Positions 58,389 to 64,000 of a DNA stretch of 64,000 nucleotides are shown piece after piece; the first letter of the stretch is position 1; each line of letters opens with the position of its first letter. The position numbers and the translations under genes are program-made. Origin of the DNA: Candidatus Heimdallarchaeota archaeon (GTDB taxonomy: Archaea > Asgardarchaeota > Heimdallarchaeia > Hodarchaeales > Hodarchaeaceae); the NCBI GenBank assembly GCA_011364965.1, contig RDOB01000002.1, forward strand, positions 260,554 through 324,553. Reading direction: 5' to 3'. Below the pieces are notes generated by a model, which saw only the letters and a list, made by a program, of their open reading frames with translations, made no database searches and was not told the DNA's origin.

Positions 58389-60158
58389 TTGCCAGCAAAT
58401 TTATATTTTAGATCATTCGCGATACTAACTTTCCTCTGGGGATTGGTATTTGCTTTAGGAATGGCTTTGATTTTAATAGCATCATTATCCGGAGTGATTC
58501 CTCCAGGTTATGAGTATTTAATTATCATAGCCCCTGTCCTTTTTGCATTTATCATTGTGGGAATACAGTTTCTAATATCACCTTGGATAATGGATATTAC
58601 GATCGCGTGGGTATATAAAGCAACGAAATATCCAGTTGAAGATCTCCCTCCCCATATTCGGGATTTTTTATACAACCAAATGCAAATGAACAATTTCTCG
58701 TTGAAATGGGTTGCTATCATTCATGATAACAATCCAAATGCCTTCACTTACGGTCACACAAAGAAAAGGGCCCGTATGGCAATAACCGAGGGGATTTTGA
58801 ATTACTTGGATGAATCAGAGCAGATAGCAGTTGTGGCTCATGAATGTGGTCACATAGTTCACCGTGATTTCATCTGGATGACAGTAGCGGCAGCAATCCC
58901 CTTAATTTGCTATTCTTTCTATCAGGGTCTCTGGACATTTGCTCGTGTATCTTCTCGTTCCCAACGTGGTAGCCGAGACGATGCAGCTTCTGTTGGTGCC
59001 ATTGCTCTGGTCGTAGCTATACTAGCTTGGGTTGTATATTATATTTCTCATTATATAGTTTTGCTTCTTTCTCGGGTACGCGAATATTTTGCTGATTCAT
59101 TCTCTGCTAATGCCACGGGTGATCCTGGAGCTCTTTCTAGGGCTTTAGTGAAGATTGCATATGGAATGGTGAAATCCGATGCAGAATTAGCTTCACGTAT
59201 GAAGGATGAAGGATACTCTCCTGCTGAACAACGTCAAGCTGCAAAACAAAGTGCTTTTAATGTTGGTATGCGTTCCCTCGGGATATTCGACGTTTCAGGT
59301 GCAAAAAGCCTTGCTATGTCGGCATATGGTCGTGGAATGGACTTGAATGAGGAAACCGTTGCAAAAGCGGCCCAATGGGATTTATCGAACCCTTGGGGTG
59401 GATTTCTAGAACTTTCATCAACGCACCCTCTGCCAGCTAAGAGAATTCTTTCATTGAATAAAATCCAAGAGGAACGTGGATTAGCACCTGAATTTCCTGG
59501 AATTGGGAAAGTAAAATTACCTGAGAGCCTTTGGGATGAATTTTTCATCGATTTATTTTTAATGTATATTGCTCCTTTCTTATTCTTTGCTCTTCCGCCA
59601 TTTTTTTCTTTAATCATGGCTCTACTAGGATATAATCCCTTAATTGGATTTGGAATTGGATTGCTAGTATTCGCTTTGATTTGGAAGTGGAGAAGAAATG
59701 AAAAATATCCAAAAGTAAATGATAATGATCCAACACTTACAGTTGTTCATTGTTTAACAGATCAAACAAAGAACTCATTCTATGAAGCTTCCCCATTAAG
59801 AGGAAAACCAGCTGTTTTTGAGGGTAAAGTTGTAGGGCGAGGTATACCAGGGTTCTTCCTTAGTGAAGATTTGGTAATTCAGGACAAAACAGGGATAATT
59901 ACTCTTGATTATTCTCCTATTCTAGGATTTATGTCATGGATTTTTGCTTTATTCCGTGTTCCCAAGCTACAAGGACAAATGGTTAAAGCATATGGGTGGT
60001 ATCATCGCAGTCCAACTCCCATATTGTCTGTATGGAAGATTAAAACTGAAACTGGTCAAACATTCAAAAATCGTTGGTCTGGAGCCAATTGGTTATTTAT
60101 GTGGATAGTTATTCTTTTGGGAATAATCTCAATAGCTTTTGGATTCTTTCCTATTTAA
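58389..60158 (+). CDS. M48-family (HtpX/Ste24-like) zinc metalloprotease with a long C-terminal extension
   Basis: 589 aa. HExxH is present as VAHECGHIVH, flanked by TM helices. A distal E lies in REYFADSFSA. A roughly 200-aa C-terminal region has extra TMs and a beta-rich segment. Confidence 0.75.
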   Translation: MPANLYFRSFAILTFLWGLVFALGMALILIASLSGVIPPGYEYLIIIAPVLFAFIIVGIQFLISPWIMDITIAWVYKATKYPVEDLPPHIRDFLYNQMQMNNFSLKWVAIIHDNNPNAFTYGHTKKRARMAITEGILNYLDESEQIAVVAHECGHIVHRDFIWMTVAAAIPLICYSFYQGLWTFARVSSRSQRGSRDDAASVGAIALVVAILAWVVYYISHYIVLLLSRVREYFADSFSANATGDPGALSRALVKIAYGMVKSDAELASRMKDEGYSPAEQRQAAKQSAFNVGMRSLGIFDVSGAKSLAMSAYGRGMDLNEETVAKAAQWDLSNPWGGFLELSSTHPLPAKRILSLNKIQEERGLAPEFPGIGKVKLPESLWDEFFIDLFLMYIAPFLFFALPPFFSLIMALLGYNPLIGFGIGLLVFALIWKWRRNEKYPKVNDNDPTLTVVHCLTDQTKNSFYEASPLRGKPAVFEGKVVGRGIPGFFLSEDLVIQDKTGIITLDYSPILGFMSWIFALFRVPKLQGQMVKAYGWYHRSPTPILSVWKIKTETGQTFKNRWSGANWLFMWIVILLGIISIAFGFFPI

Positions 60159-61014
60159 TTTCCACATTCTCTCTTTTTCTTTCTTCCATTAATCCCACAT
60201 TTTTTCTGTATTCCCTTTGGGAATGAAGTTTTTCAAGATCTACAATTTTGAGAAAAGTTCCTCTTTCCCCATTTTTCATAGTATTAATGATATTGGTACC
60301 CACGGTATCTGAATTTTTAAATCTCCATGAGGGATCAGCTAAACAACTGGCTCCCACAGAGTAATATGGTTCTCTAATGACTTGTTCTGCCATATCACTT
60401 ACTGTTACAATGATTGCAGCTTCTTTCGCTCGTACAACCGCGAGATTGTACCACATAAATCGGCCATAATTGGTGTAATCTATTGAGGGAACTACAGTTA
60501 ATGTTGGACAGAATAAGATATCTATTTCGGTTTCTAAAAGTTTTAAAATTCCATTTACATTCCATAAATCACTACAAATTCGTATTGCAGCTTTCCAACC
60601 TGAGAGGTTCCAAATAAGTTCTTTATCACCTTTAGTAAATCCTTGAGTTTTCTCATATCCAAAAGGATTCTGTTTATCATAATATCCCAATAACTTGCCT
60701 GATGAATTAAATAGATGGGTTCTGTTATATAATTGTTCAATTTCTTTTACTACTTGACTACCACCAATTATCCAAGAGGAATGCTCTTTAGCTATTCTTT
60801 CTAAGAAATTTAGGGATTTGAAGTATGTAGTTTCAGAAACTGCTTCTTTCCTCAATCCATTCCAATACTCTGGAAAACAGATTGCTGTTTGATTCTCACG
60901 AAATCCGTTAATGTTGCAGTTTAGGAGAGCTTCATATTCTAACAAATTAGAGTCGAGTTGATTTAATTGAAGCGATGGTTGAAGTACAAGAATTTCGAGT
61001 TTATCTGATGACAT
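60151..61014 (-). CDS. carbon-nitrogen hydrolase (nitrilase-superfamily amidase)
   Basis: 287 aa. Candidate E-K-C triad: FPEYWN (Glu), YDKQNPF (Lys), IRICSDLW (Cys). It starts 2 nt after the upstream Fe-S gene stop. Confidence 0.7.
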   Translation of the reverse strand: MSSDKLEILVLQPSLQLNQLDSNLLEYEALLNCNINGFRENQTAICFPEYWNGLRKEAVSETTYFKSLNFLERIAKEHSSWIIGGSQVVKEIEQLYNRTHLFNSSGKLLGYYDKQNPFGYEKTQGFTKGDKELIWNLSGWKAAIRICSDLWNVNGILKLLETEIDILFCPTLTVVPSIDYTNYGRFMWYNLAVVRAKEAAIIVTVSDMAEQVIREPYYSVGASCLADPSWRFKNSDTVGTNIINTMKNGERGTFLKIVDLEKLHSQREYRKNVGLMEERKRENVEIK

Positions 61015-61016
61015 TC

Positions 61017-62183
61017 TTATTGAATCCTAGATAGAACAATCTCCATGATATCAATAGATCGTATTGAAGACCTAAGACGATTAAGGTGTTCATCTATATT
61101 TATTTGACATGCCGGGCAAGCATTTAAACAATAATCAACATTCTGATCTTCAAGTTGCTGGATCAAAGCTTCAGCTACATCTTCTGCAATTTCAGGGTAA
61201 TTGGCTTTTACTAATCCACCAGCACCGCAACATAAGGCATTCTCTCTGTTATTTTCCATTTCACAATTTTTAATCCCAGGAAGAAGATTAATTAGTTCTC
61301 TAGCATGTTCATATTCCCCACAGTGTCTTCCCAATTCACATGGATCTTTAAAAGAAACTTTTATGGATTTATTATTGGTAAATTTAAATTTATTTTTTTT
61401 AATAAGTGAAATAATATAATCCATATGCGTGATGACCTTAAAAGGGAGACTCTTCCCTATAATTTTGGGATATTCTTTTGTGAAGACCCTAAAGCATCCA
61501 GCACATGAAATTATAAGAGTTTTAATTCCCAATCTTTCAATCTCATGAATATTATGCTTTGCCAATTCTAAAGCTTTATTTGGTTGTCCACCTAAGAGAT
61601 AAGGGTTTCCACAGCAATATTCTGATGGTGAAAAGACAGATATCTTTTCATTTGCCTTCTCAACTAGTTTTAAAAGGGAAACTGGAGCCCCTGAAGCCCT
61701 TGCAGAATAGGATGAAACACACCCGATGAAATATCCAACTTGAGCTTTTCTATTTACAAATTTATTATATAAAGATTCAACTTCTGAGGCCCAAAAACTC
61801 CGATCTTCTTGGTCTAATCCATAGAAATTGTTGTTAACCTTTAGATTACTAAACATTCTTTTTGTATGAAAAGGAATATAATCTTGAACCATAGTTTTTA
61901 ATTCAGAATATACCTCAGTTAAGGGGATGTCAAGCATGCATTCCTGTTCACATGCTGCGCAAAAAGTGCATTGAAATAAACCTTTTGAGAGAGCTTGTAA
62001 CCCCTCTTCCTTTTTTAGCCTTCCATCTGCAAGATTTCGGGATGTAATCATTTTTCCTCTCCCTGTTACTATCTCATGCTTTACAGAAAGATATGTAGGG
62101 CAAGCAGCATTATTATTTACGCAATACGCGCAATAAGCACAGATATAGAGCTCGTTGAAATATTTCAAAGCCTTTAAGTTCAA
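61017..62183 (-). CDS. HdrD/GlcF-type Fe-S oxidoreductase (2x[4Fe-4S] ferredoxin motifs plus two CCG domains)
   Basis: 388 aa. Motifs CAYCAYCVNNNAACP and CTFCAACEQEC, then the CCG motifs YCCGNPY and LCCGAGG. Confidence 0.75.
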   Translation of the reverse strand: MNLKALKYFNELYICAYCAYCVNNNAACPTYLSVKHEIVTGRGKMITSRNLADGRLKKEEGLQALSKGLFQCTFCAACEQECMLDIPLTEVYSELKTMVQDYIPFHTKRMFSNLKVNNNFYGLDQEDRSFWASEVESLYNKFVNRKAQVGYFIGCVSSYSARASGAPVSLLKLVEKANEKISVFSPSEYCCGNPYLLGGQPNKALELAKHNIHEIERLGIKTLIISCAGCFRVFTKEYPKIIGKSLPFKVITHMDYIISLIKKNKFKFTNNKSIKVSFKDPCELGRHCGEYEHARELINLLPGIKNCEMENNRENALCCGAGGLVKANYPEIAEDVAEALIQQLEDQNVDYCLNACPACQINIDEHLNRLRSSIRSIDIMEIVLSRIQ

Positions 62184-62252
62184 AATTACGATCCCCGAGA
62201 TAAGTTGACTTGATTTAAGTTTCTGACCTCTTTTTAGCTTTTCTTAATTAAT

Positions 62253-63140
62253 CTAAAAAGGAACATATCCATGTGCCATTAAGAATTCCTGTTCTTCGGG
62301 TGTTAAACTTTCTCCAGTGTCACGTTTTTTAAGAAGAAGTTTTATTTTGTCGTCAATTTCACTGAATGCTTCCTTTTTTGTTTCCTCGGAGAGTAATTTC
62401 TTTAAATTAATAATTTTTCCTTTTAATGCGTCTAATTCTTCCTGCTTAGCCTCAATATTGACTTTAAGCTCCTCGACTTTTTGTAAATGAGAAACAAAAT
62501 CTTGGTGGGCCTTATCTTCTTCTTCCTTCAGAGGTTTAATGCGATCATACATCTTTTGTACTTTAATAGATAATAATTTTCGATCTGCTTCCTCTTGTGA
62601 AATTTGCTTTTCAATTTCCGAGATTTCTTGCTCAATTTTTTCCTTGGATTCTGGAATATCACCCAGATAATCAGCTACAATCGCTTCATTTTTTTTCTCT
62701 AAAAGTGAAATCCTCTCTTCAATACGTCTTATCTCATCCACTAATACTTCCTCATCGTCCCGGGATAGACTGCTCGTTTGTTGCTTAAATTCAAGTTCAT
62801 ATAACTGATATTTTAGTTCGACAATAGTTAGCTTTTCGAGTTCATCTGAGGACAGGATTTTGAAAACAGGTCCTTCAGTTCGTTTAGCTTCCCTCCGTAG
62901 GAAATCACGACGCTTTTTCAACATTTCCAAAGTATTTCGAGAATGATCTTGAGACTGCATCTCCGGCGCGGTTTTTTCCAACAATCCCTGCCTTTCCAAT
63001 TTTTTCCTGTCTCGCAATTTTCTGAAATGTGTCGTTAATTTTTGTTGTTCCCTTAAACTATCTCTCATAATTTTAATTTCAGCAATTAATGTCGATTGTT
63101 GTTCGTAATGAAGTTTTAATTGATCCTTGGTAGATTTCAC
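62253..63140 (-). CDS. archaeal coiled-coil protein (COG1340-like)
   Basis: 295 aa. Nearly continuous heptad-like E/K/L-rich sequence, ending in a short globular tail LTPEEQEFLMAHGYVPF. Confidence 0.5.
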   Translation of the reverse strand: MKSTKDQLKLHYEQQSTLIAEIKIMRDSLREQQKLTTHFRKLRDRKKLERQGLLEKTAPEMQSQDHSRNTLEMLKKRRDFLRREAKRTEGPVFKILSSDELEKLTIVELKYQLYELEFKQQTSSLSRDDEEVLVDEIRRIEERISLLEKKNEAIVADYLGDIPESKEKIEQEISEIEKQISQEEADRKLLSIKVQKMYDRIKPLKEEEDKAHQDFVSHLQKVEELKVNIEAKQEELDALKGKIINLKKLLSEETKKEAFSEIDDKIKLLLKKRDTGESLTPEEQEFLMAHGYVPF

Positions 63141-63391
63141 GCGTATCAGTCCGTTTAATTTCTTTATACTTACGCATTATATATTTTAATGTAAATCGAT
63201 AGCAAATTATTATATTTAAGGGTTATAATTGATTACTTCAACAAGGTTTTTTTATTTGGAAGAATTCTTAAGAGGCTATCTCTATTACTTTGAATTAACA
63301 CATTAAAGTTCTGAACTGAGATTCTAAAGAAATAATTACATATTTTTAGCAAAAATTGGATTCAGTTATTTTAAAATGAAGAGGAAGCAGT

Positions 63392-63913
63392 ATGGATTTT
63401 TTTGAGGTAGTTATTCGGAATAAACGGTTTGAATCGTTCGATTCTGAACATATGTTAACTTCTGACCAAATCAAACAGCTTTTAGCTTGTGCTCAGCTTG
63501 CTCCATCGTTATCAGATATTCAAAACTTTACCTATATCATAATTGATGAAAAAATACTAAAGGAAAAAATTGCTGAATTTTCTCCTAACTTTGAATGGAT
63601 CAAGAATGCATCTGCAATTTTCGCTGTTGTTGTTTTAATAAGAGAAGAGGATGATACAAATATAATCGATGCTATTATAGCTAGTTCCCAGTTGATGATG
63701 GCTACTGTAATTAATAATCTAGGTTATTCTCTTATTGTAGATTTTGATCAGAAAGCCATTGGGGAAATTTTAGGTTTAAAAGATCCCACTTTGGAAGTGA
63801 TTGCATTAATACCTGTAGGAAAACCACTTGATAAAGGAACTCAAGGATATAAAAGAACTATAGCGGAATTAAGCAATCATAACTATTTAGGACATCCATT
63901 AAAATTTCCATAA
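63392..63913 (+). CDS. nitroreductase-family flavoprotein
   Basis: 173 aa. RNKRFESF...LLACAQLAPSLSDIQNFTYIII follows the nitroreductase pattern R-S-R-F ... A-APS--N-Q-w-f-vv. Confidence 0.7.
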   Translation: MDFFEVVIRNKRFESFDSEHMLTSDQIKQLLACAQLAPSLSDIQNFTYIIIDEKILKEKIAEFSPNFEWIKNASAIFAVVVLIREEDDTNIIDAIIASSQLMMATVINNLGYSLIVDFDQKAIGEILGLKDPTLEVIALIPVGKPLDKGTQGYKRTIAELSNHNYLGHPLKFP

Positions 63914-64000
63914 CAATTTGGGGACAGAAATAGGACGAAAAATAGAATGAGTTCATCTTTTTTGGTATTTTCTGTGGATATTAATAAATATGCAATCACA

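Noticed and set aside
63947-64000. ATG-initiated open frame (MSSSFLVFSVDINKYAIT...) running off the window end
   Set aside because: Only 18 codons are visible, which is not enough evidence to call a gene.
1-64000. Scan of the whole window for CRISPR arrays, tRNA/rRNA genes, transposases/integrases, prophage genes, toxin-antitoxin pairs and known defence systems
   Set aside because: I noticed no spaced direct-repeat arrays, no GC-rich cloverleaf-like islands with T-loop GTTCGAATC-type motifs, and no proteins with DDE, tyrosine-recombinase, Cas, RM or Argonaute hallmarks. The standalone NTase-domain protein (39482-40279) has no HEPN partner. This was by-eye inspection only, so short or degenerate elements could have been missed.

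Overview
This is a visibly AT-rich, gene-dense archaeal chromosomal segment. Archaeal markers are Alba, CDP-archaeol synthase, PCNA with RFC-S and RFC-L, a TFS-type zinc-ribbon protein, archease with RtcB, isopentenyl-phosphate kinase, and frequent GGAGG-type ribosome-binding sites. The gene content (WD40 and TPR proteins, amino-acid fermentation genes, an MttB-like remnant, bacterial-type LigA) makes me guess an Asgard/Loki-like lineage, but I cannot verify that without a database search. I call about 55 CDS. By eye I found no rRNA, tRNA, CRISPR array, transposase, integrase or recognisable defence system. Main blocks: (1) 182-6604, a co-directional acn-aclB-aclA-icd citrate-cleavage/TCA cluster. 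(2) 10213-16453, an arylpyruvate/acyl-CoA fermentation set (crotonase, ACD alpha, SDR, IorAB). (3) 21702-25231, a PCNA/RFC-S/RFC-L operon. (4) 31200-35702, two divergent paralogous surface-glycoprotein candidates flanking a membrane-tethered wHTH protein. (5) 35748-37668, archease-RtcB. (6) 42727-47160, a large membrane protein with a big ectodomain next to NAD-dependent LigA. (7) 51458-57747, a double-propeller WD40 protein followed by two unrecognisable membrane proteins and an MFS permease, then a frameshifted MttB-like pseudogene. The best candidates for undescribed biology are blocks 7 and 4. Next come the oppositely charged tails on PCNA and RFC-L, and the TFS paralogue with an Rpb9-like RRK hairpin. 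All functional calls rest on motifs I recognise in the translations. No similarity search was run.
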